Position numbers and translations under genes: made by a program
From: Octopus vulgaris
Lineage: Eukaryota
Reading direction: 5' to 3'
DNA length: 64,000 nucleotides
Assembly (NCBI GenBank): GCA_951406725.2
Contig: OX597823.1
Coordinates: forward strand, 32,178,001 to 32,242,000
Notes under the pieces: model-generated
What the model saw: only the letters and a program-made list of their open reading frames with translations
Database searches by the model: none
Told to the model about the DNA's origin: nothing
Part shown: piece by piece, positions 1-12,149 of the stretch
Position numbering within the stretch: the stretch's first letter is position 1
How the letters are laid out: every line of letters begins with the position of its first letter

Positions 1-117
1 TGGCATGGGTTGGATGGTTTGACTGAGGGCTGGTAAGCCAGAAGGCTGCACCAGGCTCCAATCTGATCTGGCAAAGTTTCTACAGCTGGATTCCCTTCCT
101 AATGCCAACCACTCCAA
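1..117 (-). mobile_element. 3' tail fragment of RTE-type LINE/derived repeat (family C)
   Basis: Reverse complement of the tail 'ggagtggttggcattaggaagggcatccagctgtagaaac...caacccatgcca', which follows RT fragments at 12.1-13.3 kb and 20.6-21.2 kb. Confidence 0.7.
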
Positions 118-129
118 TATTCTTATTCT

Positions 130-750
130 TAACTAGTTTTCCTCTTTTCAAGGTGCTTTGGCACATTTTCTAAGCCAGATTTCATATATATTCCTTTGGT
201 AAATCCATGTCTGTAATAATGTTTCCAGCTATTTATCATTTGCAGCATGCAGTTTTAGATCATCCATATACAAGGAATGGTTGATTGTTTTGCCATAGAA
301 GTTGTATCCATGTCCAATACTCTTTAGTATGTCTGTGAAAGGTATCAGTGCCAGACGGAAAAGGAGTGGAGAGAGCAAGTCTCCTTAGAATATTCCTCTT
401 CTAATGGAATGGTTTTAGCTTTTATAATTCCCTCTTTTGTCAGTAACTGCTGTTGTTTTTATTATTATTATATCTTGGGTTTTGTTGGAACTCCTGGAGT
501 CTTGCATGCATAGCGGGCTTCCTACCTGGTGCCTACAGTACCATACAATCTGTTCTTTTCAATTATCTAATACGTACCTGATTATTCCGGCCATGCCAAG
601 GAGGCAAACCTTTTGTAACAGTTCTGCTGGGCATTCTATTCCGATTTCCTTTATATTCCTTTTGATGCTTTCTGATACTGTCCCCAAGGATCCAACAATA
701 ATTGGCACTACCTTCACCTTCTTCATTTTCCACAGTTCATCTATCTGATA
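130..750 (-). mobile_element. R4/Dong-like non-LTR retrotransposon fragments (RT and RLE C-terminus)
   Basis: Minus-strand translations IRRGIF*GDLLSPLLF...INHSLYMDDLKL (RT) and WKMKKVKVVPIIVGSLGTV...LLQKVCLLG (RLE C-terminus). The pieces are separated by (TTA)n and contain stops. Confidence 0.75.
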
Positions 751-829
751 TTTAAGAGAACTTTATTATTATTATGTGATGAAAACTCACAGCTTATTAC
801 GCTGGGTATGATGGAAAGTGTCAGCTGTC

Positions 830-1540
830 CACAATCAGCAGACTAAGGTGACACTTCCTTACTGGTCATACTTCAAGAACTCTGCTAAGAAATCTTGCAG
901 TTCCTAACAATGCTGATTCTTGCAGGTGTTATATCTTTACATTTATACCAATCTTTTTCAGTCATGTTGGTAGTTGGGTGCTAATACTTCCAAATGTGCC
1001 AATTACTATTGGTTCCATGTCTACTCTCATTGACCACAACCTGCGTATTTCCCACTTCATCATAGTTGTTCAGTTTTTCTTCTTTGTCTTTGATCCTGTT
1101 TGTCACCGAGACATACTATGTCAATTATCATGCATGTTCTTTCTTTTTTATTAACCACAACAATGTCCGGTTTCCAATGTCTGGTCAGGCGATTGCACTG
1201 GATCCTTGCTTCCCACAGGATTTTGCAATTTTCACTCTCAGTGACTCCTTCTGAGGTTCGCTCATATCACGTCTTTGCTCTTTGTAGGCCATGATTTCCA
1301 CAGAGCTCCCAATGGATCATTCTTGCCACATTGTCATGTCGTCTTTTGTATTCACATTGTGCCAATTTCAGGCTTTCACTAATGATGTCCCATACTGTTT
1401 CACCCCTTTCACCTCACATTCTGCATTTGTCGCTGTTGGTAGCTTTGTCAATTCTGCACTTCATATAGTTAGTCCTTAACGCTTGTTCTTGAGCTGCGCA
1501 TATGAGTGCTTCTGTCTCTATCTTCAGGTCACTCCTCCTT
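830..1540 (-). mobile_element. R4/Dong-like LINE 3' fragment (CCHC + restriction-like endonuclease)
   Basis: Minus strand encodes LKIETEALICAAQEQALRTN...CRM*GERGETVWDIISE...RHDNVARMIHWELC. It is an inverted homologue of about 27950-28620. Confidence 0.8.
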
Positions 1541-1944
1541 ATTATTATTAGTTTGGAGGCTGTTCTAAAGATCTGTAAATTTATAGATCTAACTCTACAG
1601 GTCTAAGTCTCCAAATATATAGATGTATAAGCTCACTATGCAGTATAGTGAGGACATGCTGTAGTATATTAGTGAAGCCTTGTGATGTTGTAGGAAGGTG
1701 TTGTTGTGTATTGTGGATCTGTGTAATATAGTAGTGAAGACATGTTGTGTGGAGAGGACAGGGGGATGGTCTTGAGGACATAAACCTGATGATGGCATAT
1801 TGTATGGTAACTGGTGTATGTTGTGTAATGTGGAAAGCAGGCTGTGAGTGTGATAGGATGGACATACTTCATCCAGTTTGCTGCCCAACTTGGTCTATTG
1901 TTATTTTAATGTTTGTAACCAAAGTTCCCTCTCTCTCTTTCGGA

Positions 1945-2123
1945 GAGGCACAAGCACCTACACACACGGCAGTAACTTCCACCTACCGAATTCAATCACA
2001 AAACTCCGGTCAGCTCGGGGCTATAGTGAAAGACACCTACCCAAAGTGCCACGCAGTGGGACTGAACCCGAAACCATGTAGCTAGGAAGCAAGCTCCCTA
2101 ACCACACAGCCATGCCCGCGCCA
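1945..2123 (-). mobile_element. tRNA-derived SINE family A (CORE-like), partial
   Basis: Matches the reverse complement of the head of the full copy at 59270-59675 (gggttcagtcccactgcgtggcac(c)ttgg...). Confidence 0.75.
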
Positions 2124-2228
2124 TTAGTTGAAACGTTGTAGGTTCGATTTCTTGATATTTATTCTAAAATGTTGCAATTCTGCTTTAGAGACAATATTGA
2201 GACTGAGACTTGTTTTGTGTTTTTACAG

Positions 2229-2885
2229 ATGATTTCAAAGCTAGTATAACCGTCTACGAGAATGTCTTGATAACTAAACTGAATGTCCCAACAGATGAAT
2301 TAGCTGAAGAGAATGACCAAGGAAATCAAGAGGAATTCTCAAACCACTCTATATGTGGCCGGACATTTACTGTTCCTGATAATGCAACCATTTGTGACTA
2401 TTCTGTATTCTTCATTGGTGAAGAAGGATTACTACTGACCAACTTGATGTTTTCATTTCCTAAATGTCCACTATTTTTCTACAACACAGTGTCAAAAGAA
2501 ATTTGTCAGGAAACATTAATTAACAAAAAACTAATGAGAAGATATTACATGATTGAAAGAATCAAAGATGCCAATATTATTGGCATTGTAGTTGGTACTC
2601 TTGGAGTGTCTGATTATCTCCAGTGTGTCCACAGAATGGAATCCATTATTAAGAAAGCAGAGAAAAAAAGTTACACATTTGTGGTAGGGAAGCTCAATGT
2701 TGCCAAGTTGTCCAATTTCTTAGAAATCGACATTTTTGTTTTAGTCGCATGTGCTGAAAACAGTCTCATAGACTCTAAGGAATTCTTTAAACCTATTGTG
2801 ACACCATTTGAAGTTGAAATTGCACTGAATTCATCACGAGAATGGACTGGTGATTACTATACAGACTTCCGACAACTTCTTCCTG
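2229..2885 (+). CDS. DPH2: Diphthamide biosynthesis protein 2, internal coding exon (657 nt, phase 1-1)
   Basis: Boundaries ttttacag|AT and CCTG|gtaag. Encodes LMRRYYMIERIKDANIIGIVVGTLGV...SYTFVVGKLNVAKLSNFLEIDIFVLVACAENSLIDSKEFFKPIVTPFEVEIAL...WTGDYYTDF, the DPH2-type diphthamide synthesis signature with the conserved Cys. Upstream exons lie outside the window. Confidence 0.95.
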
Positions 2886-3214
2886 GTAAGATATATTATA
2901 TATCTCTAATGTAAGATGTGTATAACTTCTGTAGAGTTATATACACCTTATATGTGTTTTCATGTAGTTGTGTATTTAGGGGCAACAGAGCTTGAAAGAG
3001 GCCCTCCAAGTCCAGGGTATAAAAGAGGAATGGAACCAAACAAGTTGCTGAAACATCTTTTATTATAAACTGCTAATGCTGTTTATAACTGTCAACTGAA
3101 ATTTCTTGTGGTGCCTATTTACAGTTGAGTGGACTGAGTCACATGAGAATTAAATGACCGAGTCGTGGACATTGTTTGGTACTGGTCTTGATATTTGGAC
3201 TGTAAACTTGGCAG

Positions 3215-3585
3215 AAGCATGGCAGTGTGGTTGAGAATCCTGCAACCATGTGGCCTCAGGTTGTCTCACAGCTTGTGTCTTCTACTAAAGTCCCAGGCCA
3301 ACGAAAACTTTGTGAGTGGATTTGGTAGGCAAAATCTGAAAGAAGCCTGTTGTGTTTGTGTGTGTTTATCTTGATATTTTGTGATGATATTTTGTTGTCG
3401 TAAATTGATGTTGCTCATTTCCAGTCTTTCCATAAAAAACATGTCTGGTCATGGGAGACTATTACCTGACTTGGAAACATGCAAGGGTTGGTGACAGGGA
3501 GGACATCTGGCCATAGAAAACTGGCCTCAACAAATTCCACCTGGCCCTTGAAAGCATAGAAAAGAGGATGTTAAATGAGAATGAT
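3215..3585 (+). mobile_element. SINE family A variant with RTE-like 3' tail
   Basis: Family A head and 'ttgtgagtggatttggtag' core, followed by a tail ending '...ggatgttaaatgagaatgatga'. Related pieces at about 4550-4710, 11870-12075 and 15980-16290. Confidence 0.6.
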
Positions 3586-3736
3586 GACAAACCCTTAGGT
3601 TAGTGGGCCCACAAAATATCAACTTAAACAGAGCAGTTGTTCTCTTCTAGGGATTGAACCCAGAAAGTCAGAATATTTATTAAAATGAAATAACAAACAC
3701 ATCATGAGAGTATGTGAATTAACTTTCTTGTATTAC

Positions 3737-4096
3737 AATTATTATTTAACAATTACAGTGTGAAAGGTGTTAATAAGCCATTTAAAAACACACAAAAACC
3801 GCTAGATTCATTTCAACATTTAAAGTTAATTTGTCAAAATATTTTTGTTGCTTTGAGACTGCGACCTGTTCACTGACAAAATTCCAGCACGGAATTTTGT
3901 CGGTGAATAGGTCGCAGTCTCAAAGTGATGAAAATATTTTGGCAAATTAAATTTAAATGAAGTGAATCTAACGGTTTTTGTGTGTTTCTTAAATGGCTTA
4001 TAAACACCTTCCATGCTGCAATTGTTTTCGTTCCAACACATGATCTCAGATCAGGTCACTTCCTATGCAAGTACTTTTCCGTAATTATTATTTAAC
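3737..4096. mobile_element. Hairpin-plus-tail insertion: ~280 bp palindrome (3748-4026), ~56 bp tail, 14-bp flanking direct repeat
   Basis: Arms pair around loop agcac (3886-3890). aattattatttaac occurs at 3737-3750 and 4083-4096. Confidence 0.75.
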
Positions 4097-4969
4097 TTTT
4101 CTCAAATTATTAATTCATATAGGAGCAGGTGTGGCTGCATAGTAAGAAACTTGCTCCCTAACCACATGGTTTCAGGTTCAGGCCCACCATGTGGAACATT
4201 GAGTAGTGTCTTCTATTATAGCCCAGGGCTTACCAAAGCCTTGTGAGTTAGTAGACAGAAACTGAAAGAAGCCCATCATATATATCATCATCATCATCTA
4301 GCGTCGATGTTCCTTGCTGGCATGGGTTGGACAGTTTGACTTGAATCTGATGAGTCAAACATTTGCATCATGCTCCAATGTCTGTTATGGCCTGGTGCTG
4401 TATGGCTGGATGCCCTTCCTAATGCCAACAACTTTACAGTGTGCAATGAATACCTTTTTCATGCCACCAGTACTGTTGAGGTCACCATATAAAAAAAAAC
4501 CATGGGGGAGATGTGTGTACACGTGCATGTCTCTGTGCATTAGTCTCCTTGTTTTGACATCGCATAATTGTTGTAAGCATATCACTGGTATGCTAGTGGT
4601 GTCTTTCATTTTCAGTTTTCCATGGAAATATGTCTGGTCATGGAAAGATATTACCTTGCCTGCAAACAGGCAAAGGTTCATGACAAGAAGGGCATACAGT
4701 CATAGAAAACTCACCCCTCTAGGTTCTGTTAAGCAGATGAGATATCAACCTTTATTTGTCTGGTCAAATCTTATTAACCTTTATTTGTCTGGTCAAATCT
4801 TTCCATACATCTACAGAAAACAAAATGAAATGAACCCTTTGCATTCTTACCCTTTGTGATAAAGAATTGTTCTGTGATTGAAGGGGCCTATTATAAATTT
4901 TATATATTTTAATTGTTAAAGGTTAATGGTTTTGTTTCACTGCAGTATCATTGTTTATTCTCTCTCCAG

Positions 4970-5143
4970 GTGCCGTAGCCCATGTTCCTCTTTCTGATGG
5001 CCCATTTGATAATACAGATGTGTCATTAATCACAGGAAAACTACGAACATTAGGTCAAAGTGATAATCAACCAGAACCATCAGACACCATCATTGCCAGA
5101 CCAGAAGCACTTTCTGTTACCACAGTGAAAGCCAAAGATGCAG
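4970..5143 (+). CDS. DPH2: DPH2 penultimate coding exon (174 nt, phase 1-1)
   Basis: Boundaries tctctccag|GT and GCAG|gtttgt. Encodes (G)AVAHVPLSDGPFDNTDVSLITGKLR..., including the DVSLITG motif of the DPH2 C-terminal region. Phases match both neighbours. Confidence 0.9.
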
Positions 5144-5299
5144 GTTTGTTGTTATTTTTTTCTGGAGTAGTTAAATGCATCTCTTTAGATAAGTAGAGGC
5201 TTTAAGAGCATGTGTGTAGTTCTGGTTTAAAGCCTAGAATTTAGCTCTGGTTTGCGGTCCAGGGTCTAGCATTAGAATTGTTTGTATTGACATTGTTGA

Positions 5300-6405
5300 G
5301 TTCTAAACATGTAGATATTGTCGAATCATTCAACTACTATATGCTGATGACTGTGCTCTTATAATAGAATCGGAGAAGAAATTCCAGGTATGGAAGCAAA
5401 ACTTGGACTCAAAGAACCTTGAAGTTAACCTGACAAAGACCAAAAGTTGTCGTTAGCAAGAAAGCTCCTAAAACTCTCTTTCTGTCAAGTAAATGGCCCT
5501 GCCTAATGTATAGGAAAAGTATTGAATGAAATTCTAGTCATTGTACCCAATGCAGGCTAATGGCACGTAAGTGGTGGAATCACAGGTATATGAACAGAAA
5601 AAGTCGTCTTCATGTGTGGCAGATGCACAGGAACAGTAAACACTAAGGGCACACAGGACTTAGACTCTCTCAAATGCCCAGGAGGCTCCCTTACAGTTGT
5701 AGATAGTTTCTGTCACCTAGTTGACCAAATTGGCAGTGGTGCAGGATGTTCTGAAAGTATTGTTGCTAGAATAAGAATAGGATGGAAAAAGTTCAGAGAG
5801 CTATCACCCCTGTTGGCAACAAAAGGACTCTCTCAGAGTGAAAGATAGACTATATGATGCTTGTGTATAAATGGCTATACTTCAAGATAGTGAGATATGG
5901 GCTCTGAATGAAGATGACATGCATGAACTAGAGAGAAAGAACAAGTGGACATACTTTCAAGGTATGAGAATATAAATAGGGTGGTAGAGTATTGCCCAGG
6001 GTACATGAGCAGGGAGTCCATATTAATGTAGGCAGGGCAGGGAGACAGGATTGTACTGCAGGTGTGAGGAAATATATTAAGAGAAAAGTTGAGCATAAGA
6101 GGAATCAGATGTAGAATGTAAGAGAGAAGACTATATTGGTTTGGACATGTGATGTGTATGAATGAAGATGGCATGTGCAAAAAGATTCGAGCGAGGTCAT
6201 TGCCAGTACCGCCTGACTCGCCCTGTGCCGGTGGCACGTAAAAAGCACCCACTACACTCTCGGAGTGGTTGGTGTTAGGAAGGGCATCCAGCTGTAGAAA
6301 CTGCCAGATCAAGATGGAGCCTGGTGCAGCCATCTGGTTCGCCAGCCCTCAGTCAAAATCGTTCAACCTATGCTAGCATGGAAAGTGGACGTTAAACGAT
6401 GATGA
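5300..6405 (+). mobile_element. Decayed RTE-type LINE (RT C-terminal half plus family C tail)
   Basis: YADD-like 'tatgctgatgac', VVDSFCHLVDQIGSGAGCSESIVARIRIGWKKFREL, LYWFGHV. Ends in the family C tail '...ggacgttaaacgatgatgat'. Confidence 0.75.
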
Positions 6406-6429
6406 TATATATATATAAATATATATATA

Positions 6430-6567
6430 AAAGCAATAATAAATCTCTGAGCGAGGTATAAACAGTATCTGCATGACATCATGAAGTATATTTGCCACTT
6501 ACATGTGACTAACCTTTAGTAGCATCCACACTTAAGGGTTAGCCATTTAAGTGGCAAATATACTTCA

Positions 6568-6571
<4 letters not shown>
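6430..6571. repeat. Small hairpin-plus-tail element in a (TA)n tract
   Basis: atcatgaagtatatttgccactta (from 6478) pairs with taagtggcaaatatacttcatgat (to 6571). About 48 bp of unique tail on the left. Confidence 0.6.
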
Positions 6572-6619
<48 letters not shown>

Positions 6620-6626
<7 letters not shown>

Positions 6627-6795
6627 CACACACAACTGGCTACTTTCAGTTTCATCTACCAAACTTCCTAAGGTTTTAGTTGTTTTGGGGCTGTAGTAGA
6701 AGACACTTGCCCAAAGTGCTGCATGGTGAGATTGAGCCAGAGACCACATGGTTGGGAAGCAAGCTTCTGAAGCACAGTCGCACCTGTGCCTATAC
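6620..6795 (-). mobile_element. SINE family A, partial
   Basis: Reverse complement of the family A head (gtagaagacacttgcccaa...accacatggttgggaagcaagc). Confidence 0.65.
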
Positions 6796-7461
6796 ATCTC
6801 TAATGATATTTATGCTGACAGACATCTCTCACCTCTGCCAACTAAGATGATCATTTCTTTCTTTCTCTCACTCGCCTATCATGCAATAGACATGTAGTCC
6901 AAGTTCAGTCAGTGCAGCCAACTCTGCCCCACCCCCACCATGGCTGCAACCCACAGCTGCTTACTACCAGTCAAAATAAAAAAAACATGTACAGAACAAA
7001 TAATTCTTCTGTCAAATTAAGGTAGATAAATATCAGAAATACCCCTTCCCCAATAAAAGCCTTCCCTCCCCTCCATTATCCATCCCCTTCTTGTACTCAA
7101 CAACCTCTGATTCACTTTATATTCTTGTCATTGTTATGTTGACATCACATGTCACTTAAATGTCACTCTCTTTTATTTTAATCTTTCAGTTTCCTGTGAG
7201 TAGTAGGAGGAGGAGGGTTGTCTGAATTTCTCAAAGCACAACTTTACATTAATTTCTCAAGCAAATACTTGTTTCAGTAGAATTTTTCAAATGTGGTTGG
7301 ATGAATTGAAGAATTCATATTATAATATTTATGAAGAATAATTTTAGTGATAATAATTGCATTCGTATTCAGACATATCTTGACTATTTGCTAATAAAAT
7401 ATCTGCATATTCGTAGAAATAATAGATAGGATCTTTATTTATTTTAATATATGAGATTTTA

Positions 7462-8292
7462 AGGCAGCGAGCTGGCAGAAACGTTAGCATGCTGGGCGAA
7501 ATGCTTTGGGGTATTTCGTCTGTCTTTACGTTCTGAGTTCAAATTCCACTGAGGTCGACTTTGCTTCCATCCTTTCGGGGTCGATTAAATAAGTACCAGT
7601 TACGCACTGGGGTTGATGTAATCGACTTAATCATATTATAATATTTATGAAGACTAATTGTCTGTCCCCTCTATGTTAAGCCCTCTGTGGGCAATAAAGA
7701 AATAAATATTTATGAAGAATAATTTTAGTGATAATAATTGCATTCATATTCAGACAGATCTTGATTATTTGCTAATAAAATATCTGCATATCCATAGAAA
7801 TAATAGATAGGATCTTTTTTTTTCTTTATTTTAATATATCTGAGATTTTAAGGCAGCGAGCTGGCAGAAACGTTAGCACGCCAGGTGAAATGCTTAGTGG
7901 TATTTCGTCTGTTTTTACATTCTGAATTCAAATTCCACCAAGGTCAACTTTGAGTTTCATCCTTTTGGGGTCAATAAATCAAGTACCAGTTGCATACTGG
8001 GATCAATCTAATCGACTGGCCCCCTCCCCAAAAATTTTGGGCTTTGTGCCTAGAGTAGAAAAGAATATTTCTTCAAGGCACCGAGCTGGCAGAAATGTTA
8101 GCACACCTGGTGAAATGCTTAGCGGTATTTCATCTGTCTTTACGTTCTGAGTTCAAATTCCGCCAAGGTTGACTTTGCCTTTCATCCTTTTGGGGGTCGA
8201 TAAATTAAGTACCAGTTGCATACTGGGGTCGATCTAATCAACTGGCCCCCTCCCTAAAAATGTCAAGCTTTGTGCCTAGAGAAGAAAAGAAT
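7462..8292 (+). mobile_element. Three tandem copies of tRNA-derived SINE family B
   Basis: 'gagctggcagaaacgttagcacgccgggcgaaatgctt...gagttcaaattcc (B box)...ctttcatcctttcggggtcgat...aagtaccag' starts at about 7462, 7851 and 8078. Confidence 0.8.
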
Positions 8293-9516
8293 ATATCTAA
8301 GGTTTTATTTTTAATATTTGTATGTTTATTTCTTCTTTAACTTGTATCCGTTGGTTTGTTTAACTTATTTAGTTATCATGCGTTAGAAGTAAAACCGGGA
8401 CTATAAAAGAAAGAGCTTTTTGATCGCCATGAGGGTTCATACATCAGGCTTTCCATATCAAAGCTCAAAACATCTCATGGCTTGAGCACAAGACATTCAT
8501 GGATACATTCCATCAGCTCTGTTGTTGTTGCTTGATTCAGGATAAGCTTTGCTTGCCACTGCTATCGTGCTGAACAAACACAAGCCATACTAAATGTTAT
8601 ATTTTGGAGACTTCCACACCCTAATAGAGGATGGAGACTATTTAATAACATTGATGCTATTGGCAAAGACACAATATGAAATTGAAAATCTACCAAAGCT
8701 AATGGGGGACAATTTTCTGGTGCAGTGTAGTGAAACATTTGGTTGTAGAAAGCTAAAAATGTTTCCATTAGTCATATAATCGCTAAAAATTCCTCCTTAA
8801 TAACATTAAACCAATTCTTTGACTTGTCCATATTTGGTCTATTTTATAAATTTTCACATCACAGTTGATAATGGCCAGTAAAAAGTTTTGACATAAGATT
8901 TAGTAAAAAATAATTTTTTTCCGGTAAAATTTTATGTATAGTGTGGTTTGTTAGTGCTAAAACCAAAACATACATGATGTACTGCTGGTACTAATTTCTC
9001 ATTTTTTCAAATTCTAACTTTATATAAAAGTTAATATTTACATATTCTAAAAGAAATTTTCTATATTGTTTTAAGTTTCGATTGATATTTTTCTAATTAC
9101 ACCCACGTCATAGCAGAGTTAGTTGCCCTTCCTAAGCCTTAATCATGGTCTAAGGCAATGTTAACGTCCCTTGTCTACTGATATTAGTGTTAATATCCTG
9201 AAATATTTGATAATTAATGCAATAGGTTTAATGATTATTTTTCTCTATCTAGCTGAGATATTCTTACTTTCTTGTTCACGTTTTTTGAGATTTTATTTAA
9301 TTTTATATCCATTCATCAGTGAAACAAGTAAGTGTTGATATGGCCATTTGTATATTGTCAGAATAATTAAATCTTTGTGTTCTTAGCTGACTGATAACCT
9401 TTCAATAGTGAAGTAAACCAATAAGAAAACCTCTCCAGGCATCACTTTCTGGTTAGAAACAGCAGCCAAATCTCATTCAAATTGCATTCTATTGTCTTAA
9501 GGAAAAAAGAAGATAT

Positions 9517-9519
<3 letters not shown>

Positions 9520-9553
<34 letters not shown>

Positions 9554-9800
9554 AATTGTAACAATGTATGAGTCAGATACATGCCTGTGTGTGTATGGAG
9601 GGGAGAAAATCAGGTGTAGTGTTGGCGAATCTCAGAAAGCATGGAAGTCACGGGTGTTAGATGGGTGGAGTTTGAAAAGGTGCTCAGAGTTATTGTCTGT
9701 ACGATGGTTGATAATTTTATGGGTGTCTGCCAAGTCAGCTGCCAGACGTCGGAGTTTCAATGTGTCCATGCCCAGGGAAGTAAGGCATTCTAGAATGCAC
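9520..9800 (-). mobile_element. CR1-like LINE 3' end with (TTA)n tail
   Basis: Minus strand encodes ECLTSLGMDTLKLRRLAADLADTHKII (CR1-type ORF2 C-terminal L..RRL..DL...YKI motif) and ends at the microsatellite 9520-9551. Confidence 0.65.
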
Positions 9801-10235
9801 TATGTCAGAATAAAAATGGGCTGGAACCTTTCCTATCTTTGGTCCATTGAACTATGGCTAATCTGATATTAAACAACAAAAACATCAGTGTGATAAAAGT
9901 GGAACATGTTGCTCATCTGGCAAACAGAGTTAACACAGAATGTCTGTTGTATGTTTTGATCTCGTAACCATAGATTCAGTAGCCCAGCACCATAACCACA
10001 CCGCCATTTGAATTGAAATTAATACTGAAAATATTTTATATATTTTAAAATAAATCCTTAAAATTATTAAAATACAGAACCAATATTCTTTGATACTAGA
10101 TTGTCATTTAGAGGCCACAGCTGTCTGTGATAACTTAATCACATAAAGTTGTTATATCCTACAATGAAAGACCACAAATTTATATTGTGATGTAATAGTT
10201 TTATTTTCTCAAAAATGTATTTTGTAATTTTGCAG

Positions 10236-10357
10236 GAGAATTCCTGGCACAGAGATCTTGGCAGGGCTTGCAGCCACAACTCGGTGAGACCCCAGTAACC
10301 AAGGCAGTCGAGGGCAGCAGTGGTATCGCTTGGAAATATTCCCATGAATGTTCATAA
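10236..10357 (+). CDS. DPH2: DPH2 terminal coding exon (not in ORF track)
   Basis: Acceptor ttttgcag|GA GAA TTC. Encodes (G)[39 protein letters not shown], matching the conserved DPH2 C-terminal FL..RSWQGL...G..GIA..Y motif. TAA at 10355-10357. Confidence 0.92.
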
Positions 10358-10369
10358 CAATTTGATATA

Positions 10370-10378
10370 TTTAATAAA
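10370..10378. promoter_or_regulatory. Candidate polyadenylation signal(s): AATAAA on + (10373-10378) overlapping ATTAAA on - (10370-10375)
   Basis: Sequence tttaataaa, starting 13 nt after the DPH2 stop. Confidence 0.5.
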
Positions 10379-11176
10379 CATAAAATATTTGATAAAATTA
10401 AATTCTTTTCTTTTTGTTTCTCAGACAGAAAAAAAAATCTAACAATGAACAGACATTTTAATGTCTAATAACCATTTGTTTTACAGACACAGGTTCACGT
10501 GTTGGAGGGAAGAACAAGCAGGAATTTGAATCATCTACACTGTATTACTGGAGATTTGAACTAACAATTTAACAAGTTACATTAAATACTGTAGGGTATA
10601 TGATGGAACCATTGCTTTACTGTTTCAGCAAACACATTCAAAGCTGACCAAGATGGTATTTTCAAGTTCAGAGTTCAAATTCTGTCAGAGCCAACCTTTT
10701 GTCTTACTTAGGTCAACAAAATAACAGTAGAGCCAAAGGAGCTTCTATAAAGTTCTTGACCTGCTAAAAATAGCAGCCAAATCTCCCTTAAACTATATCC
10801 TACCACCTCAAAAAAATAAAAGCATTGGACAATGTAATCTTGGCTATACAAAAATACGAGATGGTCATGGCTAGAATGTATTTGATCATGGATCTGTTTG
10901 ATTGTCTAAATAACAACAAATAACTAAGTACCAATAATGTAGCAAGATTGATTCAATTTGTTGAATCCCTACTTTACAAGGATTAGCCTTGTGCCTTGAT
11001 GAGAAAGGCTTTCACATTTCTCAAACCCTTTTTTTTTTTACATGATTTACAAATATTTCACTGAAATGTTGTTACTTTGTCATAGAAGAACAGATGGCAG
11101 AATAAAAAACATTTACTTCAACTCCATCTTCATGTTTCAAGAGCCAAAAATAACCATCAGAAAGTTATGCATCAGT

Positions 11177-11415
11177 TTAACGAGTAAATTGAGGACCTTT
11201 AAGGAGTTCTTTGGCCCTTTCTGATGACCAACCTTGGTTCTTTAAGGGTCCATCTGTGATTTGGATGAATGTTTCTAAAGCTGTTCTTCCTTCGGATATG
11301 ACATCAATTGATCTGTCGATGCCTTGGCTTGTTTCTGTGTTGCATGACTGTAGATACCAGTTACACAAGTCACCTTTGTACATCAAACTCAGAAGATGGG
11401 TGTCTGAATAAATAC
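11177..11415 (-). CDS. RIMOC1: RIMOC1 (C5orf51, RAB7A-interacting MON1-CCZ1 complex subunit 1) exon 7, terminal
   Basis: Acceptor ttcactgcag|GT ATT. Encodes (G)IYSDTHLLSLMYKGDLCNW...FIQITDGPLKNQGWSSERAKELLKGPQFTR*, matching the vertebrate GIFSDIHLLAMMYSGEMCYW and EGPLK.Q.W...AK motifs as recalled. Confidence 0.9.
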
Positions 11416-11479
11416 CTGCAGTGAAGGATGAAAATCAACAGTTTCAGATTGGTAGGAAATGGGAGGTTGCAGTGACATT

Positions 11480-11830
11480 TCTTAAATGTTTTAACCAGTG
11501 AGACATGAGTCCTGAATGTAGAGGACAGATAAAGGCTGTAGAGGAACAAAGCTGGTATGCTCCAATGGATGTGCGACAAAGCATTGGTGTATTGAGGGAG
11601 AAGTTGGACACAAGGAATTAGATGCAGTGGGCAAGAGATAAGACTGCGCTGGTTTGGTCAGGGGATGTGAATGGATGAGGACAGCTGCATAGAGAAAAAG
11701 TGGCAGGAAGCTGTGGAAGAGGGACACCCGGGAAGGCATGGGACAAAGTTTTGAAGGCCAATCTCAAAACACTGAACCTTACGATGATGAGGACAGATGT
11801 GTGGTGCAGAGCTTTACTCAACAGAACTGA
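11480..11830 (+). mobile_element. RTE-type LINE fragment in RIMOC1 intron 6
   Basis: RLRWFG...GSCGRGTPGKAWDKVLKANLKTLNL, an RTE ORF C-terminus. Confidence 0.65.
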
Positions 11831-12149
11831 GATCCTAAAACAAAGGTGCCGCACATATGTCTGTATGTATGTATTGACATCGTGAGACGGATGTAAATGA
11901 GCATCACCTTCATACAAGCAATGTTCTTTGTTTTCAGTCTTCCATAAAAAAAATGTCGGGTCACAAGGAAACATTACCTTGCTAGGAAGCTGTATATGGG
12001 TGGTAATAGGAAGGACCATGGGCTATAGAAAATCTGCCTCAATGAATTGTCTGACCCATGCAAGAATTGAAAAGTGAAAACAAAAAAAAACAAATTAATT
12101 ACTGTTGTTAAATATCTCTGTTGAAATGTTAATAATTAATAGTAAGCAA

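Noticed and set aside
4314-4859. 181-aa ORF inside a DPH2 intron
   Set aside because: It is a chance read-through across SINE/RTE tail fragments.
8390-9250. ORFs at 8562-8779 and adjacent transposon-like sequence
   Set aside because: No recognisable protein motif or terminal repeats that I could support; left unannotated.
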